A DNA stretch of 31,093 bases. Source: a candidate division WOR-3 bacterium. GTDB taxonomy: Bacteria; Hydrothermota; Tepidihabitantia; SM23-42; JAOAFX01. Shown piece after piece: positions 19,002 to 28,261 of this stretch (positions within the stretch are counted from its first letter, which is position 1; the number at the start of each line of letters is the position of its first letter). The stretch covers positions 1-31,093 of the forward strand of contig JBDRWI010000024.1 in assembly GCA_039802265.1 (NCBI GenBank), written 5' to 3'. The translations under genes were made by a program, and so were the position numbers. The notes below the pieces were generated by a model that saw nothing but the letters and a program-made list of their open reading frames with translations, did no database searches and had not been told where the DNA came from.

Positions 19002-19029
19002 ATTATATTAAAATAGGTTCAAAAGTCAA
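19002..19029 (-). promoter_or_regulatory. Putative sigma70 promoter for the lipoprotein gene (likely leaderless transcript)
   Basis: Minus strand TTGACT (19029-19024), 16 nt, TATAAT (19007-19002); GTG start 5 nt later at 18996. Confidence 0.65.
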
Positions 19030-19089
19030 CCCTCAGTTAACCCTTCGGGTGGATAGAAATTTGATTGCGCCGAAAGGCAAAAATTGATG

Positions 19090-22000
19090 TTAAAAGCGAG
19101 GAATCTTTTTTATCCCCAATTTTTTATAAATCCGGCACGCCTCTTTTAAGAATTTTCTGGCTTTTATTTTCTCTCCATTAAGTTTCAGGAATTTACCATA
19201 TGCCCAGTAAATGGTAGCGAGCAATTTTAAGTTTTTAAATCTTTCACCGAGTTTGAGTACCTGGGCAAAAATTTCTTTAGACCGTTTCGGAGCTCTATTA
19301 GAATAGATTCTTGCCAGATTCAAGAGACAAAGAATTCTCAATTCTGTATTGCCGGTTTCTTCAGCAATTTTTAGGGCTGTATTTATATCCCTTATTGCCA
19401 CTTCATTTTTTTCCTCTTTTATCTTTAAATCGGCCAGGGCATTTAGTACAGAGCCAATTGCATTTTTATTCCCAAGCTCCTCAAAGATTGCACGGGAGCG
19501 GTTAAGATAGTTACGGGCAAGTTTTATCCTGCCAATCTCGGTATATGTTTGACCCAGATTATAGGAGGCAAGGGCAATACCGGGTTTGTTCTTTAAAGCG
19601 AAACTGATTCTAAGATATTTTTTAAATAATGGAATCGCCTTTTTATATTCAAATTGGCTACTATAAACCTCTCCCATATTGCCGCAGGCAATTGCCTCAC
19701 CCTGTTTATTTCCGAGTTCTTTACTGATTTTTAAATAGGATTTAAATTCCTCAAGCGCCTTACTGTAATCGCCGCTGTTAAAATAGTTTATACCGATATT
19801 ATTGTGTGCCATACCGATTGCCAGTTTATCACCCAGTTCTTCCGAAATTTTCAGGTACTTCTCATGACACTCAATAGCACTGCTAAGTTCGCCCTTATTT
19901 TGATAGACATTCCCGAGATTACAATATGCAACACCTATTCCATTCTTATCACCGAGTTCAGTGCTGATGTGCAGGTAGGTGGTGAATGAATCTATTGCCT
20001 TTTCGTATTCTCCGCGGGCCTTATAAATGCCGCCCAGGATATTATACACTTCGCCCTTTATTTGCTGATTTCCGATGCCCTCTACCACCGGGAGTGTTGC
20101 CATGCACAATTTAACTGCCTGATCAAAATTTCCCTCAGTTAAATAAACCACTGCTAAATTGGTATATGCCTTGGCAAGTGCCTTCTTTAAACCGCCATTT
20201 TTCTGCCAGTTTTTTAGTTTCTTGATAAGAGAAATTGCCTCCCTTCCCCTTTTTTCCGCCTCTTTTATTTTTCCCTTTATCCGGTAAATCCAGCACTCAA
20301 GCCCTGAGATTTCCGAAAGCGCTTCAGCCTTTTGAGCCTGAGAGATATTCCTAACCACCTTCAATTTCTTCCGCGCCTCATTCAATAATCTCATTGCCTC
20401 ATCATACCGACCTAAATTTTCTAAAACCTGTGCCTGGAGATTATAGGCGCGGGATTGCAAAAACGGATCATTACTGCTCTCTCCCATATTTTTGTATGAA
20501 CTCATTGCAGCAAGATTATTGCCGGTCAATTCATAGACCATTCCCAGTTTTTCATAGATAATCGTCTTTTTTAAAATCTCTTTTTGAGAGATCATTGAAA
20601 GACACTTATGGTAGGCCTTTATTGCCTCCTGATTGAGATATAAATCTTTTTTCCGGTCTGCTGACCGTTCAAGATAATAGAGGGCTTTCTGCGGGTTACC
20701 ACCAAAGGAAAAATGGTCGGCAAGAATATCATAGTAATCATGGAGTTTCTGCCCATAAAACTTCTCCAGGGCATAGCCAATCTTTTGATGGAGTCTTTCT
20801 CTTTCTTGTTTTAACAGGGAATTGTATACCACATCCCGGGTAATGGCGTGTGTGAAACTATAACGCACCTCCCCGTTCAGATTTTGTTCTATTTGCGATT
20901 TTATGATACCCAGTGCCTCAATATTATCTAAATTCTTTTTCAACTGGTCTTTTTGCCCAAATAATTCACCCAGCAGTCCCAGCGAAAATTCTTCCCCGAT
21001 CACCGAGGCAATATTGACGATCTCCCTTAAGTTTGGTGCCAGACGGTCGATCTTAGCCATTATCAACTCATCAATTGTCCGGGGCACTGCGATTGCTGCT
21101 GAAGTCTTTAAACTTGCCCTTTTCTTTTCTATGGTTATTAGATTATTATTCAAAAGGTTTAAAGTTAGTTCATAAATATAAAATGGTATGGCATCTGATT
21201 TGTCAAACAGCAGTCTGAATAAATCTTCGTCTATTTGCTCGCAATTTAAGATGTTCTTTAAAAACTCAACCACTTCACTCTGGACTAATGGTCTAAGTCT
21301 GATTTCTGCAAAATATGGCTGATGGGAAATATTTTCAACATTGAACTCCGGGCGATAAAGGGCAATGATCATAATTGGATTGTAACCAACCGTTTCTACA
21401 AGTTTGTATATAAAGTCCATTGTCTCTTTATCAATCCAGTGGCAGTCATCAAGGATGAGGAGCAGTGGGCTTTTTTTGGTGACTCGGTAGAAGAGGGTGA
21501 GAATTGCTTCATTTATTAACCGGATACGGTCTTCAGGCTTCATTGACTCAACCTGTCCTTTTTCTCTGGGTGATAGATTGAGTGAAAGAAAAAATTTGTA
21601 GAGAGGCATTTTTAATTCAACTATCGGGTCGCCTATACCCTTTATAAAATTGAGCAATTTCATTTCCATCTGTTGGGGTGTATTATTGTCTAAGATTCCC
21701 AGCAGTTTCTTTAACAAATCCCTTAAGATGAAGTAAGGTGAATGGGCAAGATACTCAATACCCTTTGTCTCAATGATAACAATATTCGCTGGTAGATGTC
21801 TTTTGAACTCATATACCAATTTTGTCTTACCGATACCTGCCTCACCGCTAATCCCGATGAAGCGTCTTTTTCCGGACTGAACATCGTTCAGTGCGCTTCG
21901 GAGTTTATTCAGTTCACCGGTGCGTCCAATTAAAGGTATTTCTTTAAATCGGCGCTGGGAATATCTAAATGCGACGCGCAGTGGTAGATATACTGCTACT

Positions 22001-22596
22001 TTTTCGCGCTTTCCCTTTACCGAAATTTTTCCTAAACTTTTATATACTATTTCATTATTGGTATTCTCATAAACCGATCGGCTGACATATATCGCATTCG
22101 CCGGAGCCCGCTCCTGTAGACGTTTGGCTAAATTTACCGTATCACCCATCACCGTATAGGCACCGGTTCGCCCTAAATCGCCGGTGGCGACAAGTCCGTA
22201 ATTTATCCCGATTGCCAAGGAGAGGTGCTGTCTTTTTTCATTATTGAATAATGCTATCTCTTTCTGCAGGTCGATGGCGGCAAGAACCGCCCGCAAGGGG
22301 TCATCCTCGTGTGCAAATGGGGCACCGAAGAGTGCCATTAAACAATCACCTATGAACTTATCAACGAATCCTTCATAGTTCTGAATAACCTGTCCCAGCC
22401 GCCTTAAACAACAATCAATCAATTCTTTCAACTCCTCGGGATCGAGTTTTTCTGAAAGGGCAGTGAAACCCTTGATATCGGCAAAGATCACTGCTACCGG
22501 CCGCCGCTGACCGAAGACCTTGATTAATTCCAGTCCGCATCTACTACAGAAATTTGAGCCAGAATCGTTATTATAACCGCATCGGGGACACTTCAT
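19090..22596 (-). CDS. Class III adenylate/guanylate cyclase fused to zinc ribbon, STAND-type AAA ATPase and TPR repeats
   Basis: CPRC...CSRC; FADIKGFT, KFIGDCLMALFG, YTVMGDTVNLAKR; Walker A GEAGIGKT, Walker B LLILDDCHW; FTHAITRDVVY; about 40-aa TPR repeats (ELGDK..IG.A..N.G..Y). Confidence 0.92.
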   Translation of the reverse strand: MKCPRCGYNNDSGSNFCSRCGLELIKVFGQRRPVAVIFADIKGFTALSEKLDPEELKELIDCCLRRLGQVIQNYEGFVDKFIGDCLMALFGAPFAHEDDPLRAVLAAIDLQKEIALFNNEKRQHLSLAIGINYGLVATGDLGRTGAYTVMGDTVNLAKRLQERAPANAIYVSRSVYENTNNEIVYKSLGKISVKGKREKVAVYLPLRVAFRYSQRRFKEIPLIGRTGELNKLRSALNDVQSGKRRFIGISGEAGIGKTKLVYEFKRHLPANIVIIETKGIEYLAHSPYFILRDLLKKLLGILDNNTPQQMEMKLLNFIKGIGDPIVELKMPLYKFFLSLNLSPREKGQVESMKPEDRIRLINEAILTLFYRVTKKSPLLLILDDCHWIDKETMDFIYKLVETVGYNPIMIIALYRPEFNVENISHQPYFAEIRLRPLVQSEVVEFLKNILNCEQIDEDLFRLLFDKSDAIPFYIYELTLNLLNNNLITIEKKRASLKTSAAIAVPRTIDELIMAKIDRLAPNLREIVNIASVIGEEFSLGLLGELFGQKDQLKKNLDNIEALGIIKSQIEQNLNGEVRYSFTHAITRDVVYNSLLKQERERLHQKIGYALEKFYGQKLHDYYDILADHFSFGGNPQKALYYLERSADRKKDLYLNQEAIKAYHKCLSMISQKEILKKTIIYEKLGMVYELTGNNLAAMSSYKNMGESSNDPFLQSRAYNLQAQVLENLGRYDEAMRLLNEARKKLKVVRNISQAQKAEALSEISGLECWIYRIKGKIKEAEKRGREAISLIKKLKNWQKNGGLKKALAKAYTNLAVVYLTEGNFDQAVKLCMATLPVVEGIGNQQIKGEVYNILGGIYKARGEYEKAIDSFTTYLHISTELGDKNGIGVAYCNLGNVYQNKGELSSAIECHEKYLKISEELGDKLAIGMAHNNIGINYFNSGDYSKALEEFKSYLKISKELGNKQGEAIACGNMGEVYSSQFEYKKAIPLFKKYLRISFALKNKPGIALASYNLGQTYTEIGRIKLARNYLNRSRAIFEELGNKNAIGSVLNALADLKIKEEKNEVAIRDINTALKIAEETGNTELRILCLLNLARIYSNRAPKRSKEIFAQVLKLGERFKNLKLLATIYWAYGKFLKLNGEKIKARKFLKEACRIYKKLGIKKIPRF

Positions 22597-23114
22597 TGGG
22601 CCAAATTCTTCTTCAATCCAGCTATTTCACTCTTCATTATTTCTTTTTCCATTTCAAGGGGTGACCCTTTGATATAAGGCAATACCTCCAGCATTCCTTC
22701 AGCATAGTTTAACAACGCCACCGCTTCGTCAATATGCCTTTGATTTATAATTTTTTTCCTTGCCTGTGTGAGCACCTTTTCCAGAGCTTTTATGGAGAAG
22801 GGAAGCAGCATTCGTGGTGATTTTTTGACTTCGTAAAGATAAAGCATGCCTTGATTATCGTCAATATCTCCTTCAGGATATTTTACATAAACACCCACCA
22901 GACGCAAATTTTCGGGGGGGCTTATCACCAAGTCAAAAAAATCACCACCGGATTGGACCTGGGCTGAATCCCATTGGGCATTGCAAAAACTGTAGTAGAT
23001 AAAAACTTGCTGGGTACTTCTTGTCGGAAAATATCGGACCAGAAGGTCGGATGAATTTCTTAAAAAGTAGAGATTCATTCCCGAGATTAAAATTAGCCAG
23101 ATCAGGGTATTCAT
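22593..23114 (-). CDS. Hypothetical exported protein (beta-rich domain plus helical C-terminus)
   Basis: Stop overlaps the cyclase start (ATGA) and start overlaps the rimI stop; AAGGAGG upstream; short hydrophobic N-terminus. Confidence 0.75.
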   Translation of the reverse strand: MNTLIWLILISGMNLYFLRNSSDLLVRYFPTRSTQQVFIYYSFCNAQWDSAQVQSGGDFFDLVISPPENLRLVGVYVKYPEGDIDDNQGMLYLYEVKKSPRMLLPFSIKALEKVLTQARKKIINQRHIDEAVALLNYAEGMLEVLPYIKGSPLEMEKEIMKSEIAGLKKNLAQ

Positions 23115-23566
23115 TATACCTCCTTTAATTCCTTGCCCATCACATAGGCATCCGTGCCATCAATATAATAATTTTTTCTTATGTAGAGAATTTTATAACC
23201 AACTTTTTTATACAGATTGATTGCTGCCTCGTTATTGATCCGCACTTCAAGATAGGCATAGACGCAGCCACGGTTTTTGCCTATATTTTCAACTTCTTTC
23301 ATCAAATTACGGGCAATTCCCTGTCTTTGATATTCCTGCCTTACCGCAATATTGGTTATATGCAGTTCCGGTCCGGCGCAATTTGCCAGTGCATAGCCAA
23401 CGAGTTTTGTATTATTACAGGCAACTAAGGCAATTGTATCAGACCTTTGAAGGTCATTTTCAAAGAAAATCTTTGGCCAGGGATTGGGGAATAATTTATG
23501 TTCCAGCTTATATACCTCATCAATATCATCAAATTTCATTGGACGATAAAAGATTCCGTTTATCAT
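23114..23566 (-). CDS. rimI: Ribosomal protein S18-alanine N-acetyltransferase
   Basis: FPNPW, LHITNIAV, QRQGIA, LEVRINNEAAINLY, RKNYY...DAYVM; follows tsaB. Confidence 0.92.
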   Translation of the reverse strand: MINGIFYRPMKFDDIDEVYKLEHKLFPNPWPKIFFENDLQRSDTIALVACNNTKLVGYALANCAGPELHITNIAVRQEYQRQGIARNLMKEVENIGKNRGCVYAYLEVRINNEAAINLYKKVGYKILYIRKNYYIDGTDAYVMGKELKEV

Positions 23567-24264
23567 TTTTCAGCCGGGCTCTTTTTTATATAAAAGGGCT
23601 CAAGAAATTCAGGGGCAGTAAAATTTTGCTTTTCGACCAGAGGTAGGGCAATGGGTATTAAATGGGCGCTGGTCAAAAAAGAACACTCGGTTGGGAAAAT
23701 TAACCGTGCAGTTGAGTTTGTAATTTGATTTTTTAAAAGACTCGCACCGGGTCCGAGGACAATAACCGGACCGGGTTCCTTTTCAATAATATTTTTAAGA
23801 ATATTTAGCAAATCTTCAGCGGTTGTAAGAAGATATTCGCTTATCCGCAGGCCCTGTTTATAAATTGCGCTGTAAAGTTCCTCCTGATAGGCATTAATCA
23901 CAACCATGATGTAATGCGGGCAGTTATAAAATAATGGACTGTAAACCCTGCTGCCTGCCTGACCGATTGCATCAAGGGTGTTTACTGCAACCACCGGGAT
24001 ATTCAATGAGATACTCAATCCCTTTGTGATACTCAGGCCTACCCTTAAGGAGGTAAACATACCGGGTCCGATTGATACAGCAATTGCTGAAAGTCTTTCT
24101 TTATCAAGATACCTTATTGCGCGTTGAATCTCATAAAATATACCCGCATCCATTTTTGCACTGAAAGAATCCCGATTCTGTCGCACTTCGTAAATAACCA
24201 TATTACCCTCACTTATGCAGATAGAAAAGAAATTGGTTGCCGTGTCAATTCCCAGAATTTTCAA
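23563..24264 (-). CDS. tsaB: tRNA t6A37 biosynthesis protein TsaB
   Basis: ILGIDTAT, AVSIGPGMFTSLRVG, LEPFYIK; synteny tsaE-tsaB-rimI. Confidence 0.92.
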   Translation of the reverse strand: MKILGIDTATNFFSICISEGNMVIYEVRQNRDSFSAKMDAGIFYEIQRAIRYLDKERLSAIAVSIGPGMFTSLRVGLSITKGLSISLNIPVVAVNTLDAIGQAGSRVYSPLFYNCPHYIMVVINAYQEELYSAIYKQGLRISEYLLTTAEDLLNILKNIIEKEPGPVIVLGPGASLLKNQITNSTARLIFPTECSFLTSAHLIPIALPLVEKQNFTAPEFLEPFYIKKSPAEK

Positions 24265-24670
24265 TTATTATCTCCCGAATATTTTTTCCTTTCATTTTTA
24301 TAAATATCCTAAGACCCTTATTTTTGATAGCGGGCAGCCGGTCCGCCCATTCAATGATGGTAATTCCTCCTTTAACAAAATACTCCTCCACCGGAAGGGT
24401 CTCTAACTCTGCCGGTCCAAGCCGGTAAAGGTCAATGTGCGCGATGGGCAATCTACCGCGATATTCAGTGGCAACGACGAAACTTGGACTTGTTATCTCC
24501 TCTTTTACATTCAGCCCGCGACATATTCCTTTGATGAGGGTTGTCTTGCCGCTGCCCAATTCACCATAGAGGTAGATTTTATAATCAGGTTTCATCAATC
24601 GGGCAATTTTTTTACCAAGTTCCACTGTTTGTCGGGCACTACGGGTAATAAATGTCTTCTTACTAAACAT
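24245..24670 (-). CDS. tsaE: tRNA t6A37 biosynthesis ATPase TsaE
   Basis: GELGSGKTT, ITSPSF, HIDLYRL, IEWAD. Confidence 0.95.
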   Translation of the reverse strand: MFSKKTFITRSARQTVELGKKIARLMKPDYKIYLYGELGSGKTTLIKGICRGLNVKEEITSPSFVVATEYRGRLPIAHIDLYRLGPAELETLPVEEYFVKGGITIIEWADRLPAIKNKGLRIFIKMKGKNIREIIIENSGN

Positions 24671-25397
24671 TGTAGTAATAGAGCTTTATTACACCTTGGA
24701 GGGTCAAATCAGGAACATAATAGGTTATTTCAGGAATCAGTCGCCGCATCAATTGCCCCAGCCCACCGGTAGAAATACAAAGGAAGTCCCTTCTCTTTTC
24801 TTTCTTAATTTCTCTTATAAATCCTTGAATCATGAATTTAGTTCCGTTCAAAATCCCTGAGCGCAGGCACTCTTCGGTGCTCAATCCGAGAATCTTTCTG
24901 GTTATTCTCAAGGGTATTTTCTTTAACAATCTGGTCCGCAGCTCCAATGCCCATAGGCCGGTTTCTATTCCCGGGGCAATCATTCCACCCAGATAATTTC
25001 CTTCTTTTAAAACCACATCACAGACTGTGGCCGTACCAAAAGAAACTATGATCAAATCCCTGGGAAAACGAAGGTGGCCACCGGTTACATTGGCGATCCG
25101 GTCAGCCCCCAGATTTCTTATCTCCCGGTAGCGAAACTTAACCGGACTCTTGATTGTTCCTGAAATTACCAGTGGTTTGAGATGAAAATTCTTCTGAAAA
25201 AATTTAATATATGCCCTGCTCAATTCAGGTACAACCGAGGCTATAGCAACACCCTGAATGTCTTTCTCAAATATTTCCTTTGGCAAATTTTTTTTAAAGC
25301 CATCCCGGGTCGGTATCTGGATAATTTTTTCAAATCTATCCTTTCTATAGAAACCAAATCGAGTATTTGTATTACCAATATCAAGGGCAATTACCAT
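24663..25397 (-). CDS. coaX: Type III pantothenate kinase
   Basis: LDIGNTNT, ASVVP, LGADR, FGTAT.CD, GGMIAPG, TGG, LTLQG. Confidence 0.94.
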   Translation of the reverse strand: MVIALDIGNTNTRFGFYRKDRFEKIIQIPTRDGFKKNLPKEIFEKDIQGVAIASVVPELSRAYIKFFQKNFHLKPLVISGTIKSPVKFRYREIRNLGADRIANVTGGHLRFPRDLIIVSFGTATVCDVVLKEGNYLGGMIAPGIETGLWALELRTRLLKKIPLRITRKILGLSTEECLRSGILNGTKFMIQGFIREIKKEKRRDFLCISTGGLGQLMRRLIPEITYYVPDLTLQGVIKLYYYNV

Positions 25398-26086
25398 TTT
25401 AATCTTTTAATATCACCGTAATAGAATTTTTTAATTACACCTGTTTCATCTCGCAGGAGAAGTCCCCAATCTTCATCAATATCAAAGACCGTGCCCTTAC
25501 ACACGCCCCCACTATAAGATACCTCAACCATTTCACCAATTCCAGTGAAGTAATGGTAAATATCCTCTATCTTAACCACATCCCTTTGCAACTGGCAATA
25601 GAAAGACTCAATATTGTACAGTAAATTTTGAAGAATTTCTTCAATATTGTATTCTTTGCCCGATTCTAAAAATAAGGATGTAGCATTAGATAGCTTGGCT
25701 GGAAATCTTTTTATATTGACATTAAGTCCAATTCCACATACTACACTATTCTTGTATCTCTCACATAAAATACCACACACCTTTTTTTTATTCAATAATA
25801 TGTCATTGGGCCAGAGTATTCCTAATTTTTTAAATCCTAAATTTTTTAGAAGTGTAATCACGCTTAAGGCAGCAATAAGGGGTATCTTCGCCACCGCTGA
25901 TTCAGGAAAGAAAAGCACGGAAAGATAAAGACCGCCAACCGGAGAGAACCAGACTCTTTGACGCCGTCCCCGACCCTGGGTTTGGGTTTGGGCAAATACA
26001 GCCAGTTCTTTCCCGCGGTTAATGAGTCTTTTTGCTATATCCTGGGTAGAGGCAACCCTTTTGAACCTCAGAATTTCTTCAATCAT
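25391..26086 (-). CDS. birA: Biotin--[acetyl-CoA-carboxylase] ligase (no N-terminal HTH)
   Basis: STQD, QTQGRGRRQRVWFSP, WPND, KKVCGILCE, GIGLNVN. ATG at 26086 in a TGATG overlap is preferred to the TTG at 26089. Confidence 0.93.
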   Translation of the reverse strand: MIEEILRFKRVASTQDIAKRLINRGKELAVFAQTQTQGRGRRQRVWFSPVGGLYLSVLFFPESAVAKIPLIAALSVITLLKNLGFKKLGILWPNDILLNKKKVCGILCERYKNSVVCGIGLNVNIKRFPAKLSNATSLFLESGKEYNIEEILQNLLYNIESFYCQLQRDVVKIEDIYHYFTGIGEMVEVSYSGGVCKGTVFDIDEDWGLLLRDETGVIKKFYYGDIKRLKW

Positions 26087-26604
26087 CAATAATATATGCT
26101 GAGCTTCGCCCCGGAAAAGGGTGCCGACCCTGATTTTATCTTCAGGGAATCCATATCAAACCACTGCTCGCTGGCGATGTTGACTACCAATTTATGTTCA
26201 TCATCGGCCTCAAAAATAATATTGCTGAAGGCATTGGCATCAAATTGATATGTAGTATAAAGAAGTACGGCATTGGTTGCATCCTTTGTATAGACCAATG
26301 AATCGACGGTTATTCTGAAGGTCTTATAGGAACCGGGGTCTATGTTGACATACTGTTCAGTAATAGAAGTAAAGCTGGATGTATGGGCCGGAATGGTTAA
26401 TAATTTACTACCTTCCCAGATTACCGAGTATGCCTCATCTTTTTTTGCTTCAATCTTTAAGACCCGGATTACGAATTGACCGGGGACCCCCCTGAAGAGG
26501 CCTTCGTCATTTAGTCCTACCTCAACTGATGCAACATTTGCACAGTTTACAACCAGTATCACCATAAAAATGGTTGGCACCAAATTTCTTATCCCGAACA
26601 TCAT
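26086..26604 (-). CDS. Hypothetical lipoprotein (possibly DUF4382-like beta-sandwich)
   Basis: AAGGAGG upstream; hydrophobic signal ending at Cys21; 'IDPGSYKTFRITV' resembles the 'PG.Y...R' segment of DUF4382; first gene of a coupled run. Confidence 0.6.
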   Translation of the reverse strand: MMFGIRNLVPTIFMVILVVNCANVASVEVGLNDEGLFRGVPGQFVIRVLKIEAKKDEAYSVIWEGSKLLTIPAHTSSFTSITEQYVNIDPGSYKTFRITVDSLVYTKDATNAVLLYTTYQFDANAFSNIIFEADDEHKLVVNIASEQWFDMDSLKIKSGSAPFSGAKLSIYY

Positions 26605-26643
26605 GACCTCCTTCTTAATCAGGTATAATGCCTTTCTGGAATA

Positions 26644-26671
26644 ATTATAATTAAAAACTTAATCAGGTCAA
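26644..26671 (-). promoter_or_regulatory. Putative sigma70 promoter for the lipoprotein-birA-coaX-tsaEB-rimI-cyclase operon
   Basis: Minus strand TTGACC (26671-26666), 16 nt, TATAAT (26649-26644). Confidence 0.65.
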
Positions 26672-26726
26672 GAAAAATGGTGGCCGAATCTCAATTAGAT
26701 AAATTTATCACAAAAATTTAGCAATT

Positions 26727-28097
26727 CTAAATTATTCTTCGGCATTGATTTGATGGAATATTAAGTTGTTCCCGATACTTGGTGACTGTTCTTCTGGAGA
26801 TTATGATGCCCAGACGGATTAGTTTCTTGGCAATCTGGGAATCGGAGAATGGAGAATTCTTATCCTCATGCTCAATGATTTCTTTTATCTTCTCCATTAC
26901 ATATCTCTTATCCATCTTATTACCTATCGGTGCGGTGAAGAAAAATTTTGCCTTATGAATACCCCGGGGAGACTCTATGTATTTATTGGCAACAGCCCTT
27001 GAGACAGTTGAAGGATTTACGCCCAATCTTTTGGCGAATTCGACCATGGTAATAGGTTTGAGATAATTCGGTCCCTTTAAGAAATACTCCCGCTGATATT
27101 CCAAGAGGTTGTTGATTATCTTTGAAAGTGTCTTACGCCTTTTCTCAATTGCAACGATTAGATTTTTCGCAGATTGCAATTTCTTCTTTAAGAATTCAAG
27201 CTCTTCAGAGGTAAGATTTTCAGGATGTTTTATTTTCTCAATATACTGTGCCTTTATTCTGATCCGGGGGATATTATCGTCATTTACTTGGGCAACGAGG
27301 TTATCATCCTGCCAGGAAATTATAAAATCCGGAATAATATATCCTGACGGGGCAGACGAATATCTTAACCCCGGACGGGGGTCTAACTTCATCAATACCC
27401 TTTTTGCCCCATTTAGTCGCTCCTCACCTATATTCAATTTTTTTAATATTTCTCTATCGCCATTTGTATGGTTGAGCAAAGGTAGATAGTCCCGGACAAT
27501 AATATATTCCACTGAATCTTGTGGATAGCCGAGTTTTTCAAGTTGCGCCAGTAAGGCCTCCTTTATCTCACGCCAGGCACAGCCGGGCGGATCAAATAAT
27601 TGAATCTCCTTCCTGATCCGTTGAATATCCTCAATTTTATAATCACCCTGAGATAACTCCTCAGGTGAGACTGCCAGATATCCATCGTCTTCAATGTTGG
27701 AAATAATCAACTCGGCAATTTCTAAATCGCGGTCTTTAAACTTCCTCTCTGCCTGTCTCATCAGATAGTCGTATAACTTATCATTCTGGGCTGGAATATT
27801 TTCCATAGGGTCAAATTCCTCTTCAATATTGCTATCATCGGTAATAGTGGAATCGCCGGTATAAAGGTCGAGGATGCCCAATTCATCTATATTTTCCTGT
27901 TTTTTGACCATCTGTGTATCTTCCAATTCAGGCTCGGGTGTAATCTCCTCAAGAAGAGGATTGGAATCAATCTCGGCCTGAATCAGTCCCTCCAGTTCAA
28001 CATTGGGGAGTGCCAGAAGTTTCAGATAATAAGTCAAAGACGGTAAAAGGAAATAACGGAGTGATGTTTCCTGATAAATGGACTTATCTCTTGTCAT
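26727..28097 (-). CDS. rpoN: RNA polymerase sigma-54 factor
   Basis: NPLLE, DDGYL, FDPPG, LDPRPG, STVSRAVANKY, RpoN box SRRTVTKYR. Confidence 0.93.
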   Translation of the reverse strand: MTRDKSIYQETSLRYFLLPSLTYYLKLLALPNVELEGLIQAEIDSNPLLEEITPEPELEDTQMVKKQENIDELGILDLYTGDSTITDDSNIEEEFDPMENIPAQNDKLYDYLMRQAERKFKDRDLEIAELIISNIEDDGYLAVSPEELSQGDYKIEDIQRIRKEIQLFDPPGCAWREIKEALLAQLEKLGYPQDSVEYIIVRDYLPLLNHTNGDREILKKLNIGEERLNGAKRVLMKLDPRPGLRYSSAPSGYIIPDFIISWQDDNLVAQVNDDNIPRIRIKAQYIEKIKHPENLTSEELEFLKKKLQSAKNLIVAIEKRRKTLSKIINNLLEYQREYFLKGPNYLKPITMVEFAKRLGVNPSTVSRAVANKYIESPRGIHKAKFFFTAPIGNKMDKRYVMEKIKEIIEHEDKNSPFSDSQIAKKLIRLGIIISRRTVTKYREQLNIPSNQCRRII

Positions 28098-28111
28098 AAA
28101 TATCCTGATAT

Positions 28112-28140
28112 ATTATACTCCCCTGATGCGGAGATGTCAA
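28112..28140 (-). promoter_or_regulatory. Perfect-consensus sigma70 promoter for rpoN
   Basis: Minus strand TTGACA (28140-28135), 17 nt, TATAAT (28117-28112); ATG 14 nt downstream. Confidence 0.75.
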
Positions 28141-28261
28141 GGTATATTTTTTACTCATTTAATCATGAGGAAACAAAACATCATAGTCCTCTCGTGCAGG
28201 TCATTAAGATTTAGATATCCGGATTTAGCCGCGCGAGAGCAAGGATTATGTTCAGTCTTTC

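Noticed and set aside
19040..19080. Two small hairpins (acccttcgggt, gccgaaaggc) suggestive of a c-di-GMP or other tetraloop riboswitch
   Set aside because: Stems are only 3-4 bp, the GAAA loop is on the non-transcribed strand, they lie upstream of the predicted promoter, and no riboswitch core is recognisable
19090..22596. STAND-TPR protein as an Avs-like anti-phage system
   Set aside because: The N-terminal domain is a class III cyclase of a widespread signalling architecture; no effector or defence-island context
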